Positions 8,672-18,880 are shown, counted from the first letter of the stretch. The stretch: DNA of 39,296 nucleotides from Nitrospirota bacterium (GCA_029858565.1 JAOUEV010000033.1:1-39296), one strand, 5' to 3'. Numbers and translations: made by a program. Notes: generated from the sequence alone by a model not told the origin.

Positions 8672-8757
8672 GTCACCTGCACGCTCACGGGTTCGATCAT
8701 CGACTGCGTAGACTTTCAGATTGACACCGCCCAGGCTCCTCTCTAAGGATAGACAAC

Positions 8758-8988
8758 GTGGCAAAGAAAAAAGCTCCGGCGAAAAAGAATAATGAGGCGA
8801 CGCTCGTACCGATCAAGATCCACGAGCGCGCGATCCGCGAGATCAAAGCCAACGCGAAGAAGTACGCAGCCGGCAACTTCTCCGCTTGGATGAGACACGC
8901 GTCTATACACTACAAGCCGAAGCGCGGAGAGGTCGTCGACCTCTCGACGATGCCCAGCGGCAAGGCGAGAGCCAAGAAAAAGCGTTGA
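8758..8988 (+). CDS. small basic DNA-binding protein, ribbon-helix-helix-like
   Basis: LVPIKI strand, a helix, then GNFSAWMRHA helix; Lys/Arg-rich ends. Confidence 0.55.
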   Translation: MAKKKAPAKKNNEATLVPIKIHERAIREIKANAKKYAAGNFSAWMRHASIHYKPKRGEVVDLSTMPSGKARAKKKR

Positions 8989-9025
8989 CAGTCTAGGCCC
9001 TCCGCATGCGACCCTCTAAGCTCGC

Positions 9026-10402
9026 ATGAAATTATCAGACCTCACGAAGAATCCAGAGAACCCCCGTAAGATCACCGCCGAGAAGCAGCGGATGCTGCTC
9101 AAGTCCTATAAGCGCTTCGGCGATCTATCCGGGATTGTATACAACCGCAAGACTCAGCGGCTCGTCGGCGGACATCGCCGGCAAGACGTATTCTCTCCCG
9201 ACTCTCCTATCGTCATAAACAAGAAGTACAGCACTCCCTCGAGAGTCGGCACGGTCGCGCTCGGCTATGTCGAGTCGAAGGGCGAGCGGATTCCCTACCG
9301 AGAAGTCTACTGGGACGAGCATACGGAGAAGGCCGCAAACATCGCGGCGAACAAGGGAGCCGGCGAGTGGGACCCTGCGCGTCTCAAAGAGTGGATGCAG
9401 GACCTCTCGAGCTTTGACGTGAATTTCGATTTAGAGCTTACGATGTTCGACCCCGACGAGATCAAAGACATCGTAGGTATCGAGGTCAAAGGCTATACGC
9501 GGACCAATACGGACACGGGCGTCGACGAAGACGACGTGCCCGAGAAAGCTCCCGCGCGGACCAAGCTCGGCGACGTGTATATACTCGGACGCCATCGCCT
9601 CGTTTGCGGCGACTCGACCTCGGCCTCGGTCATCGAGAAGCTTATGGACGGCGAGCAGGTCGACTGCGTATGGACGGATCCGCCGTATAACGTGGCGCTC
9701 GGATACGACGAGACGCCGGCGGAAGCGAAGGCGCGTAACCGCCGCACCGACGGGCTGACCGTCGCCAACGACAAGATGAGCGACGAGAAATTCCGCGAGT
9801 TCCTGACCTCGGTCTTCAAGAATATGGTGAGCGCGGCGAAGCCAGGGGCAGCCGTTTACGTGAGCCACGCAGACTCCGAGGGATACAACTTCCGCGGCGC
9901 GATGAGAGACGCCGGCTGGCTCGTAAAGCAATGCCTGATCTGGAAGAAGTCTTCGCTCGTGATGGGTCGCCAGGATTACCAATGGATTCACGAGCCGATT
10001 CTCTACGGCTGGAAACCCGGTGCGGCCCATACGTGGTACGGCGACCGTAAACAAACGACTGTTCTTGAGTTCCAGAAGCCCTCCCGCAATGCCGAGCATC
10101 CGACGATGAAGCCCGTCGAGCTCGTGCAGTACTGCCTCGATAACTCCTGTTCGCCGGCCGGCTTCGTGCTCGATATATTCGGCGGGTCCGGAACGACGCT
10201 GATCGCGTGCGAAAAGACGGCGCGCTCGTGCTATACTGTGGAACTCGACCCCGGCTACTGCGACGTCATCGTCGCGCGCTGGGAGAAGTACACTGGACTC
10301 AAGGCCCAGCTGATCCGGGCCGAAACGAAACGAAAGCCATCGACGCAGGCAAAGGTACAGGCAAATGGCAAACCCAAATCCCAAGCCGCCCCCGAAGCAT
10401 AG
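9026..10402 (+). CDS. ParB-like domain fused to an N4/N6 DNA methyltransferase
   Basis: NPENPR...LVGGHRR (ParB); TDPPYN, HPTMKP, LDIFGGSGTT (MTase). Confidence 0.9.
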   Translation: MKLSDLTKNPENPRKITAEKQRMLLKSYKRFGDLSGIVYNRKTQRLVGGHRRQDVFSPDSPIVINKKYSTPSRVGTVALGYVESKGERIPYREVYWDEHTEKAANIAANKGAGEWDPARLKEWMQDLSSFDVNFDLELTMFDPDEIKDIVGIEVKGYTRTNTDTGVDEDDVPEKAPARTKLGDVYILGRHRLVCGDSTSASVIEKLMDGEQVDCVWTDPPYNVALGYDETPAEAKARNRRTDGLTVANDKMSDEKFREFLTSVFKNMVSAAKPGAAVYVSHADSEGYNFRGAMRDAGWLVKQCLIWKKSSLVMGRQDYQWIHEPILYGWKPGAAHTWYGDRKQTTVLEFQKPSRNAEHPTMKPVELVQYCLDNSCSPAGFVLDIFGGSGTTLIACEKTARSCYTVELDPGYCDVIVARWEKYTGLKAQLIRAETKRKPSTQAKVQANGKPKSQAAPEA

Positions 10403-10775
10403 TCGCTTCAAGAAAGGGCAATCGGGCAACCCCGAGGGCGGTCGCGCGCACAACCCGGCGATCAAAGCTCTGCGTAAGATCACGATAGAATCCTACCGCG
10501 AGATCATCGAACTCGTGCTGACCTCCGACGTCCGCAAGATCAAAGCGATCGCGGAGGACCCGAAGTCGACGGGGCTTCAGGTCGGTATAGCCGTGGCGTT
10601 TATGAAAGCTATTAAGAACGGCGATTACACCGTGATCGAGCGTATAGCCGAGCGTATAGTCGGCAAGATCCCGGACGAGATCAAGATCCAGCCGATGACG
10701 GTGAATCAGAAAGTCACGGTCATCGACAAGACGGCGCTCGCAAAGGCGCTGCTCGAACTCGAAGAGGAAGTCTGA
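10365..10775 (+). CDS. terS: terminase small subunit (DUF5681-like)
   Basis: [12 protein letters not shown] motif; directly upstream of TerL. Confidence 0.75.
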   Translation: MANPNPKPPPKHSRFKKGQSGNPEGGRAHNPAIKALRKITIESYREIIELVLTSDVRKIKAIAEDPKSTGLQVGIAVAFMKAIKNGDYTVIERIAERIVGKIPDEIKIQPMTVNQKVTVIDKTALAKALLELEEEV

Positions 10776-10776
10776 T

Positions 10777-12339
10777 GTGGCCAAGGAGATCGAGTACGAC
10801 CTCAAGCGCGCAGCGGCTCGGCAACTCTGCGAGAACGATCATCTCTTCTTCACGCGCTATTTCTTCAAGCTCCGCCAATCCCTAAAGTTCATCGTCAACT
10901 GGCATCACCGAATGATCTGCGACGCGATCGACGACGTGATCGAAGGGCGCTGCGAGAACCTGATCATCAACGTCGCCCCCGGCGCATCGAAGACGGAGAT
11001 CGTCGTCATCAATCTCATCGCCCGCGGCCTTGCGAAGAACCCGCGCGCACGCTTCCTACACCTCTCGGGCTCGAGCGAACTCGCCGGCCTCAACTCCGCG
11101 CAAGCTCGTGACCTCGTATCGAGCGACGAGTTCCAATCGTTCTGGCCGATGAAGATCGCCGACGATGCGAAAGCGAAGAAGCGGTGGAACGTCGAGATCG
11201 ACGGACAGCCGGCCGGCGGCGTATATGCGACCTCCCTTGGTGGACAGATCACGGGCTTTCGCGCAGGCCACATGGCGCCGGGATTTCAAGGGGCTATACT
11301 CATCGATGACCCGATCAAGCCGGAGGATGCGTTCTCGCCGGCGAAGCTGAACCAGGCGAATCGAAAGCTCCTCACCACGGTGAAGTCGCGGAAGGCGAAT
11401 CCTAAGACGCCTATCGTCATAGTGATGCAGCGCATCTCGGAGTCCGACCCGTGCGCGTTTATCGAGAAGGGCAACCTTCCTGGCAAGTGGCGGATCGTAA
11501 AGATACCGGCGGTGATCTCGCAGGAATACGTGAACGCGCTAAAGCCGAAGTACCAACTGCTCGTGCCGGAGCCGGCGGCGCGCGACGCGATCGATGGGCG
11601 TTTCTCGTATTGGCCTTACAAAGAGCCGATCAGGGATTTGCTCGCCATGGAGAGAGGCGAGGGCACCGATGCGACAGGCGCCCGGATCTCACGGCACGTC
11701 TTCTCGGCGCAGTACAACCAAGCGCCGGTCGCCCTCGGCGGTAACGTCATCCACGGCCAGTTCTTCACGCGCTATCGCGTGCTGCCGAAGATCAAGTACC
11801 GGATCGTGTATGCGGATACCGCGCAGAAAACAAAAGAGCATAACGATTACTCGGTGTTCGAAGAGTGGGGCTTCGGCGACGACGGTCGTATATACCTCAT
11901 CGACTTGATACGGGGTAAGTGGGAAGCGCCGGAGCTACAGAAGCGGGCGGTTGCTTTCTGGGCGACGGCGAAGGCGCGCGACTCCGAGAAGTACGGGTCG
12001 CTCCGTAAACTGAAACCGGAGGATAAGTCGTCGGGTACCGGGTTGATTCAAACGCTGAAGATGCCGCCGTATAATATTCCGATCGAGGGCATCGAGCGGG
12101 ATAAGGACAGATATACGCGGGTCATGGATGCGCTGCCTTATATCGAAGTCGGCGCGGTTTGCATCCCGGAGGAAGCGCCGTTCACGAAGGATTTCGTGGC
12201 CGAGTGCGAGGCGTTCACAGCGGACGATAGTCACGACTTTGATGACCAGATCGACCCGATGGTTGACGCCGTAATGGATATGCTGTCTTCTGGCAACAAG
12301 ATCAAACAATGGACTGCGTTAGGTAAGAAGGGGAGCTAG
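10777..12339 (+). CDS. terL: terminase large subunit
   Basis: [30 protein letters not shown] motifs. Confidence 0.95.
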   Translation: MAKEIEYDLKRAAARQLCENDHLFFTRYFFKLRQSLKFIVNWHHRMICDAIDDVIEGRCENLIINVAPGASKTEIVVINLIARGLAKNPRARFLHLSGSSELAGLNSAQARDLVSSDEFQSFWPMKIADDAKAKKRWNVEIDGQPAGGVYATSLGGQITGFRAGHMAPGFQGAILIDDPIKPEDAFSPAKLNQANRKLLTTVKSRKANPKTPIVIVMQRISESDPCAFIEKGNLPGKWRIVKIPAVISQEYVNALKPKYQLLVPEPAARDAIDGRFSYWPYKEPIRDLLAMERGEGTDATGARISRHVFSAQYNQAPVALGGNVIHGQFFTRYRVLPKIKYRIVYADTAQKTKEHNDYSVFEEWGFGDDGRIYLIDLIRGKWEAPELQKRAVAFWATAKARDSEKYGSLRKLKPEDKSSGTGLIQTLKMPPYNIPIEGIERDKDRYTRVMDALPYIEVGAVCIPEEAPFTKDFVAECEAFTADDSHDFDDQIDPMVDAVMDMLSSGNKIKQWTALGKKGS

Positions 12340-12342
12340 GCG

Positions 12343-13986
12343 ATGGCGGCTAAGAAATCGGTGCGTGTGAAAGCGAAGACGAGAGATTCCAAACGCCCGA
12401 ACCCTGGCCGCGCGCGGACGGCGGCGAAGCCGAGCCCAATCAAGCTTGACGCGATGGCGGTCTTCCGCGCGGAGGCGAAGGGACAGACCTCGAAGGTCCA
12501 AGAACTCTTCAAAACGGCGGACGGCTTTGATAACTTTGTATCTCGCATTGGTCTTCGTAATGACAATACACTCTCAGCTGGCACTTACACTTTCGACCTC
12601 ATCACTCGCAACCGAATTAAACTCGAAGCCGCATATCGTGGTTCTTGGGTTGTTGGCGCTGTGGTTGATTCTATCGCGGAGGATATGACTCGCGCGGGCC
12701 TCGACATCATGTCGGCAAAGGACGACGGCGACGTTCGCAAGATTCAAAACGGAATCTCGCGTCTGCAACTCTGGCAATCGATTTGCGACGGCACCAAGTG
12801 GGGACGGCTCTACGGCGGCGGCATCGGCGTGATCCAGATCGAGGGACAAGATCTCTCGACTCCGCTCGACGTGACGACGATCGCAAAGGGCCAGTTCCGC
12901 GGCATCGTCGTGTTCGACCGCTGGATGGTGAACCCCGTCGTGCAGAACCCGATCGACTCCGGCCCCGACATGGGTCTCCCCTCGTTCTATCAGATCGTCA
13001 ACTCGCCGGACGAGATGTCGCCGGCGTATCGCCCGACGTCGATCGACGGCTCGACGGTTCATTACACGCGTTGTATCCGCTTCGGCGGAATCAAACTCCC
13101 GTACTTCCAGGCGATTACGGAACAGATGTGGGACGAGTCGGTGCTCGAGCGTCTCTGGGACCGATTGATCTGCTTCGACAACGCTACGATGTCGGCCGGC
13201 TCCCTGATCGACCGCGCGAACCTGCGTACGGTCCAGATCGAAAACCTCCGGGAAGTCCTCGCCGCAGGCGCCGAGGCCACGCAAGGTCTATACGCGCAGT
13301 TCGATATGATGCGCGAACTCCAGGTCAACGAAGGGCTCACGCTCCTCGATAAGAACGACGTCTTCTCGTCGACCGCATATACGTTCTCCGGGCTATCCGA
13401 CATGCTCCTGCAGTTCGGGCAGCAACTCGCCGGGGCCTCCGAGATCCCACTGGTGCGCCTCTTCGGGCAGTCGCCGGCAGGACTCTCGTCGACGGGCGAG
13501 GCGGACATGCGTATGTACTATGACAATATCAACGCTCGACAAGAGGCCAAGCTTCGCAGCCCTTGGGAGACGCTTCTCAAAGTCCTCTGGTATTCTGAAC
13601 TCGGGAAAGCCCCGCCTGAAGATATGAGCTTCAGTTTCAAACCGCTCTGGCAGATGAGCGCCACGGACAAGGCGAACAATGCGAAGACGACAACCGAAAC
13701 CATACTCGGCGCGTATGACTCCGGAGTCACCAGCCGTAAGACGACACTTACAGAGCTCCGGGACGCATCGACTGACACCGGAATCTTCACCAACATTACC
13801 GACGAAGAGATCGAGGAAGCCGATTCGGATGAACCACCTATGCCAGACGTGGGACCGGATGATCCGCAAGCAGCAGCGAAACCTGGCGAGGGCGCACCGG
13901 GACAGGAGACCGAGCCGGCAGAACCGAAAGAGCCGGTGAAGGCTCTCGATCACCAACCACGTAAGTGGTGGAAGCCGTGGGCATAA
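12343..13986 (+). CDS. portal protein (DUF1073 family)
   Basis: YRGSW...AEDMTR, RLYGG, IPLVRLFGQSPAGLSSTGEAD...YYD; follows TerL. Confidence 0.9.
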   Translation: MAAKKSVRVKAKTRDSKRPNPGRARTAAKPSPIKLDAMAVFRAEAKGQTSKVQELFKTADGFDNFVSRIGLRNDNTLSAGTYTFDLITRNRIKLEAAYRGSWVVGAVVDSIAEDMTRAGLDIMSAKDDGDVRKIQNGISRLQLWQSICDGTKWGRLYGGGIGVIQIEGQDLSTPLDVTTIAKGQFRGIVVFDRWMVNPVVQNPIDSGPDMGLPSFYQIVNSPDEMSPAYRPTSIDGSTVHYTRCIRFGGIKLPYFQAITEQMWDESVLERLWDRLICFDNATMSAGSLIDRANLRTVQIENLREVLAAGAEATQGLYAQFDMMRELQVNEGLTLLDKNDVFSSTAYTFSGLSDMLLQFGQQLAGASEIPLVRLFGQSPAGLSSTGEADMRMYYDNINARQEAKLRSPWETLLKVLWYSELGKAPPEDMSFSFKPLWQMSATDKANNAKTTTETILGAYDSGVTSRKTTLTELRDASTDTGIFTNITDEEIEEADSDEPPMPDVGPDDPQAAAKPGEGAPGQETEPAEPKEPVKALDHQPRKWWKPWA

Positions 13987-14798
13987 GATCTCTCACGCGC
14001 GACGCGAATACGAAGTCGAAGAAGACCCTCAAGGGTAAGTTCAAACCGTCCGCGGCAGCCGAGAGACAATTCGCCAAGTCGCTAAAGAAGATCGCTAGAG
14101 CGTCGGCGCATATTATCGAGCAGGGTACATACGGTCACAACAACGGCGTAGGCTTTCAACTCGATCCGTCGGTGCAGCGGGAACTTGAGGCGTACTCGAA
14201 GAAGCTTGGGCCGTGGGCGCGCACGCAATCGGCGAAGCTGCTCGAGCAGGTACAGCGATCGAACAAGCGCGCCTACAATAATAAATCAAAAGCGATTGGT
14301 GTGGCGATCACGCTCGAGGCGAACGATTCTCATATCGGTATAGTCGCTCGCGCGTTGATGGAAGAGCAGGTCGCGCTCATCAAGTCTATACCCATCGAAG
14401 CTGGACGAAGGGCGCAAGATATAGCCCTGAAGTCAGTTCTAGCCGGCACGCGCGCGACCCCGGACGAGGACACTATCGCGGAGCTCCAGAAGCAGATGGG
14501 CATGACCGAGGAGGTCGCGGTAAACCGCGCGAAGCTGATCGCGCGAACGGAGACCGCGCGCGCCAACGCCGCGATCAACCAGGCACGTGCGATGTCGGTC
14601 GGAAGTAATCAATATCGCTGGCATAATTCAGGCGACGCCGCCGTCCGCCATAGCCACAAATTCTTACGTGGCAAGCGTTTGCAAGGGATGATCTTCAGCT
14701 GGGACGACCCGCCCACATTGGATGACGGGATGACCGGCCATCCGGGAACCTTCCCGAACTGCAGGTGCTTTGCGGAGCCGGTCTTTGATACTGAATAA
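13965..14798 (+). CDS. head morphogenesis protein (Mu gpF/SPP1 gp7-like)
   Basis: RAKLIARTE, W...D..VR.SH, HPG..PNCRC. Confidence 0.9.
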   Translation: MVEAVGIRSLTRDANTKSKKTLKGKFKPSAAAERQFAKSLKKIARASAHIIEQGTYGHNNGVGFQLDPSVQRELEAYSKKLGPWARTQSAKLLEQVQRSNKRAYNNKSKAIGVAITLEANDSHIGIVARALMEEQVALIKSIPIEAGRRAQDIALKSVLAGTRATPDEDTIAELQKQMGMTEEVAVNRAKLIARTETARANAAINQARAMSVGSNQYRWHNSGDAAVRHSHKFLRGKRLQGMIFSWDDPPTLDDGMTGHPGTFPNCRCFAEPVFDTE

Positions 14799-14894
14799 TT
14801 TCGCGTGACAAACCCCGAAATCTAAAAGACCGTAAAGACGAAACCAAAAACAACCGATTGGTCAAGCGACATCTTTTTCTAGGGGGAATAAACC

Positions 14895-15440
14895 ATGAAA
14901 TGTCTGTATGCGCTTATCGCGCTGTGCCTGTTTACGTCGACCGCGTTCGCGCTGCCTACTTTCAACCCTCAGATCGTGCTTGAGAACCAGCAAGGCGAGA
15001 CCTCGGTGAACGCGATCAAAGCCGGATCCGTCTTCCCCGCCTCCTTCAGAGCCGCAACCGTTACCCTAACCGCCGCCCAAGTCATCGCCCTCCCAGGAAC
15101 TCCCATCCAATTGGTGGCCGCTCAGTCAGGTAAACTGATTCAAGTCGTCGCCGTCGAATACATATATACGAAGGGCGCGGCAGCGTTCACGATCGGCGCG
15201 AGTAAGAATCTCATCGTCGAGTACAATACCAGCGGCGTAAATATCCAGCTGATGCCGACGACCGGGTTCATCGACCAGTCCACGAGTAAGACCGCTTTCA
15301 CATACGCCGGCTCAGTCGCCGGAGTCGGTATCGGCGGGCAAGCCGTACAGATCACGTCCGACGATACGACGCCCGTCTCCGGCGGAACCGGATCGACCGT
15401 GAAGGTCATCGTCTACTACAACCTGATCAACGTGTTATAG
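14895..15440 (+). CDS. beta-rich protein with a Sec signal peptide inside the head module
   Basis: AGGGGG RBS; MKCLYALIALCLFTSTAFA|LP (K, hydrophobic core, AxA site); Thr/Gly/Val-rich body. Confidence 0.8.
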   Translation: MKCLYALIALCLFTSTAFALPTFNPQIVLENQQGETSVNAIKAGSVFPASFRAATVTLTAAQVIALPGTPIQLVAAQSGKLIQVVAVEYIYTKGAAAFTIGASKNLIVEYNTSGVNIQLMPTTGFIDQSTSKTAFTYAGSVAGVGIGGQAVQITSDDTTPVSGGTGSTVKVIVYYNLINVL

Positions 15441-15453
15441 TAGAGAGATCCGA

Positions 15454-16821
15454 TTGAAAAAGCATTTTGCGACAAAGCTCACCGACAATATTCATAAGAC
15501 CCCGGAAGGGTTTTTGATTTGTTATAACGTGCCGATCGCGCGTTCCGGTGAGATGATCTACGGCAAAGACGAGTCGCCGATTACGGTCGGCCCCGACGGA
15601 AGAGCGATCGTATCGCGAGAGCCGAAGGAAGTCTTTCGCGCCGAGACGATCGCGTCCTTCGAAGGCAAGCCCTTCACCATCAAGCACCCCGAAGATTTCG
15701 TGAACCCGCAAAACTGGAAGATGCTCGCGAAGGGCCATATCCAGAACGTCCGCAAGGGCAGCGGTGAATTTGAAAACGACCTCATAGCCGACATTCTCGT
15801 CACCGATCACGAAGCCATCTTGATGGTCGAAGGCGGTATCCGGGAAGTGTCGTGCGGGTACGAGTGCGAGTACATCGAGCTCGGCATCGGACGCGGCATG
15901 CAAACGAACATAATTGGCAACCACTTGGCTCTGGTTCCTCAGGGTCGCGCGGGAGACAAATATGCCATCAACGACCAAAAAGGAGCGAAAATGAAAAAGC
16001 TAGGAGACAAGATCAAATCGATCTGGTCCAAGGCGGCGGATGAGGCGGCGAAGGTCGTCGATGAAGCCGGTGGTGAAGCCGGTGGTGAAGGCGACACCAA
16101 AGAAACCGCCGACGAGAAAGCCCCCGCCTGGGCAGTGAAACTCGAGAAGACGATGGCTCGCGTAGCCGATGCGCTCTCGAATCCGTCCATGTCTCAGCCG
16201 GCGGTAGCCGACGAGAAGAAGGACGACGACAAGAAGGACGATAAGGCCAAAGACGCCGACGAGTCCGAAGAGAAGAAGGACGACAAAAAAGACGACGCCA
16301 AAGACGAAGGCGGCGCTGAAGAAGATCGTCTGAGCAAGCTCGAAGCCAAAGTCGACAAGCTCCTCGCGATGATGGGTGAAGAAGCCCAGGACGAAGAGAT
16401 GATCGTCGAAGACGAAGGCGAAGAAGAGGAAGCCGAAGACGACGACTTCGAAGAGAGCCCCGCTGCCGCCACGACCGACGAGGCGTCGCGCATCGAGATT
16501 CTCGCTCCCGGCTTCAAAGCCAAAGGCAAAGACGCCAAACGACAAACGCTGATGAAAGCCTACGAGTCGAAAGACACCAAGGCGATCATCGAACGCTTGA
16601 ACGGCGGCAAAGCCGTCGATCTGAAGAAGGCGAGCGTGAAAACGATCGACCACCTCTTCGTCGGCGCGAGCGAAGTCGTGAAAGTGTACCGGACGAAGAG
16701 CTTCGCCGGTTTGAAACAGGTCCGCGATTCTCAGGAAATGATCGCCGGCGGCGGCGAGATGACTCCGGAGAAGATCAATGAAATCAACGAAAAACATTAT
16801 GCCCAGAAAGGGGTACATTAA
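15454..16821 (+). CDS. prohead protease/scaffold (DUF2213)
   Basis: TPEGFLIC..VPIAR.G, T..HP, EVSCGY, NHLALV..GRAG, then an acidic low-complexity scaffold region. Confidence 0.9.
   Translation: MKKHFATKLTDNIHKTPEGFLICYNVPIARSGEMIYGKDESPITVGPDGRAIVSREPKEVFRAETIASFEGKPFTIKHPEDFVNPQNWKMLAKGHIQNVRKGSGEFENDLIADILVTDHEAILMVEGGIREVSCGYECEYIELGIGRGMQTNIIGNHLALVPQGRAGDKYAINDQKGAKMKKLGDKIKSIWSKAADEAAKVVDEAGGEAGGEGDTKETADEKAPAWAVKLEKTMARVADALSNPSMSQPAVADEKKDDDKKDDKAKDADESEEKKDDKKDDAKDEGGAEEDRLSKLEAKVDKLLAMMGEEAQDEEMIVEDEGEEEEAEDDDFEESPAAATTDEASRIEILAPGFKAKGKDAKRQTLMKAYESKDTKAIIERLNGGKAVDLKKASVKTIDHLFVGASEVVKVYRTKSFAGLKQVRDSQEMIAGGGEMTPEKINEINEKHYAQKGVH
15991..16821 (+). CDS. nested in-frame scaffolding protein
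   Basis: AAGGAG RBS 5 nt before an in-frame ATG (MKKLGDK) right after the protease domain. Confidence 0.6.
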   Translation: MKKLGDKIKSIWSKAADEAAKVVDEAGGEAGGEGDTKETADEKAPAWAVKLEKTMARVADALSNPSMSQPAVADEKKDDDKKDDKAKDADESEEKKDDKKDDAKDEGGAEEDRLSKLEAKVDKLLAMMGEEAQDEEMIVEDEGEEEEAEDDDFEESPAAATTDEASRIEILAPGFKAKGKDAKRQTLMKAYESKDTKAIIERLNGGKAVDLKKASVKTIDHLFVGASEVVKVYRTKSFAGLKQVRDSQEMIAGGGEMTPEKINEINEKHYAQKGVH

Positions 16822-16822
16822 T

Positions 16823-17533
16823 ATGAACACGTTTCTACTCTTCATCTGGAGCTTGGTGTTGAGCTTCGTCTCCGTGATGACCGCTCCGTTCAAGATCGCG
16901 AAAACCGCCCGCAGTAAGTTCGGCTCGTTCTTTCGAGTCGTCGGCCTCGGTTTAGGCCGTTCCGGCATTCAAGAGACTCGCCAATTGGTGAGCCTCGGTC
17001 GCTTCCGCACCTGCGATGCGATTCCCAGTCCTCAAGCCTACACGTACCAAGCTCCCGCCGGCGTACCCGGCGACATCACTCGCGTTGACGAATCCAACGT
17101 CGAACCCGCAATGCTCGTGGCCGTCGCCGACGTCTTCGCGCAGAGCTTCGGTATCGGCATGGTTTACAACGGCGCGGGAATCAGCCAAGTCGGTTTTGGC
17201 ACCACGGCTGCTCAATTCGCCGGCGTCTTGGTTCGCCAAGCTCCCGGCATCTCGAGCAACTCGGACGCCCTCACCGGCAACATCCCGAATCCGGTTCAGG
17301 TACAAGGCTTGTGCGTTCGCGGTTACGTGAACGTCCTCTGCGTGTACGGAACTCCGGCCCGCGGCGGCGTCGTTTACCTCCGGGTGAACTCGTCCGTGAA
17401 CAACACCCAAGTGGGTACGTTCGATGCGACCTCGGATTCGACCGACAACGTGGCTTTAAGTTTAACCCAGGCTTCTTGGGCCAGCAGTGGCAAAGACGCC
17501 AACAACAACGCCGAACTGCGCATCGCGCGCTAA
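16823..17533 (+). CDS. head decoration/cement protein with a hydrophobic N-terminal extension
   Basis: ATG at 16823 after AAGGGG; core AYTYQAPAGVPGDITR...RGYVNV...GGVVYLRV...AELRI; lies between scaffold and capsid genes. Confidence 0.75.
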   Translation: MNTFLLFIWSLVLSFVSVMTAPFKIAKTARSKFGSFFRVVGLGLGRSGIQETRQLVSLGRFRTCDAIPSPQAYTYQAPAGVPGDITRVDESNVEPAMLVAVADVFAQSFGIGMVYNGAGISQVGFGTTAAQFAGVLVRQAPGISSNSDALTGNIPNPVQVQGLCVRGYVNVLCVYGTPARGGVVYLRVNSSVNNTQVGTFDATSDSTDNVALSLTQASWASSGKDANNNAELRIAR

Positions 17534-17551
17534 CGGAAAGGAAGGCAGACT

Positions 17552-18532
17552 ATGCGCCGTTTAGGACGTCACAGAACAAAGGATAGTACCCTCGCGTACT
17601 ACGTGAACCAGCTCGAAAATCTGGACAAGCGTCTCTACGAACCGCTGACCTCCGTTAGCTGGGGTCGCGACGTGAAACTCCGCTCCGGCATCACGATGAG
17701 CGATGAAAGCACGTCTTTCATCCGCTCGGCGTACGCCGGTCCCGGATCGCTGGATAACCCGGCGACCGCCAGCGATGGCGGCAACTTGCCCTGGATCTCG
17801 GCAGAGACCACGGCCATTCCCGGCGTGTCGGTAAACGGTCAGAAGATCGTGTTACCGCTCCGCTTGCTCGCTCGCGAAGTCAGCTACACCTCGGTGGAGC
17901 TCGATCGCTCGCAGCAAACGGGCCAGCCGATCGATGTGCAAAAGATCGCAGCACTCAACCTGCTGTATCAAGGCAACATCGACCAGTTGGTGTACATCGG
18001 CGCTTCCGGCGTCGGTGCGACGGGCCTCGTGAACAACGCCTCGATCACCGCCAGCAACGTCGCTGCCGGCGTGAGCGGTTCCACTCAGTGGGTCAACAAG
18101 ACCGCTGATGAAATCCTCGCCGACGTGAACGCGCTGTTGGAAGCTACCTGGGCCGCTGCCGCTTACGCGGTTTGCCCCTCGAAGCTGCTCCTTCCGCCTC
18201 TTCAGTTCAGCTACATCTCCAGCCAGAAGGTATCGTCGGCCGGCAACGTGTCGATCCTCACCTTCTTGAAGCAGAACTCGATCGCGCTGACCATCAACGG
18301 TCGCGAGCTCGATATTCAGCCGGTGAAGTGGTTGCCCGGTCGCGGCGCGAACAGCACGGATCGTATGGTGGCTTACACCAACGACGAGAGCCGCGTTCGT
18401 TACCCCATGGTGCCGATCCGTCGCGAGACGGCGTACTACATGGGCATCCGTTTCATCGCCCCGTACCTGTGGGCGCTCGGTGAAATTGAATTCGTCTATC
18501 CCGAGACGGTTCAGTACGCCGACGGCATCTAA
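17552..18532 (+). CDS. major capsid protein (DUF2184, HK97 fold)
   Basis: QLE.LD..LYEPL...W.RD, GLVN, W..KT.DEILADVN, RMVAY, YPE...Y.DGI. Confidence 0.9.
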   Translation: MRRLGRHRTKDSTLAYYVNQLENLDKRLYEPLTSVSWGRDVKLRSGITMSDESTSFIRSAYAGPGSLDNPATASDGGNLPWISAETTAIPGVSVNGQKIVLPLRLLAREVSYTSVELDRSQQTGQPIDVQKIAALNLLYQGNIDQLVYIGASGVGATGLVNNASITASNVAAGVSGSTQWVNKTADEILADVNALLEATWAAAAYAVCPSKLLLPPLQFSYISSQKVSSAGNVSILTFLKQNSIALTINGRELDIQPVKWLPGRGANSTDRMVAYTNDESRVRYPMVPIRRETAYYMGIRFIAPYLWALGEIEFVYPETVQYADGI

Positions 18533-18544
18533 GGTAGGTGCCCG

Positions 18545-18877
18545 GTGAAACAATTCGTATTCAAACAATCGGTCTTGCTCGGAAAGGGCAAGGCCGGCTT
18601 GAACTCCGTCGGTAAGATCTACCACGTCGGAGTTCACGCCGTTTCCGAGGAGCATCAGAAAGACCCGAGCTTCGCGTTCTACGCGAAGGCTAAACTCATC
18701 GTGCCTTTCGAACAGAAAGAGCAAGGCGAGTTGGCGCCGGCGTCGAGCGATGCTGCAAAACAGTCCGCCGAAGTCGCTAAGTCGCAACTCGAGCCCGACG
18801 CCGAAATCGGCGGCGAGTCCGAAAGCGAAGGCGAGTCGGAAGACAAACCTCACGCCCGCAAGGGAAGGAAGAAGTAG
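18545..18877 (+). CDS. hypothetical protein following the major capsid gene
   Basis: AGGT RBS, GTG start, acidic/basic C-terminal tail. Confidence 0.7.
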   Translation: MKQFVFKQSVLLGKGKAGLNSVGKIYHVGVHAVSEEHQKDPSFAFYAKAKLIVPFEQKEQGELAPASSDAAKQSAEVAKSQLEPDAEIGGESESEGESEDKPHARKGRKK

Positions 18878-18880
18878 TCA

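Noticed and set aside
8721-9020. TTGACA hexamers at 8721 and 8985 as promoters
   Set aside because: No TAnnnT -10 element at 16-18 nt spacing.
12343-13986. Portal as an Acb1 fusion (DUF1073 portals are sometimes labelled anti-CBASS)
   Set aside because: No paired HxT/S motifs; the C-terminus is an acidic Pro-rich tail.
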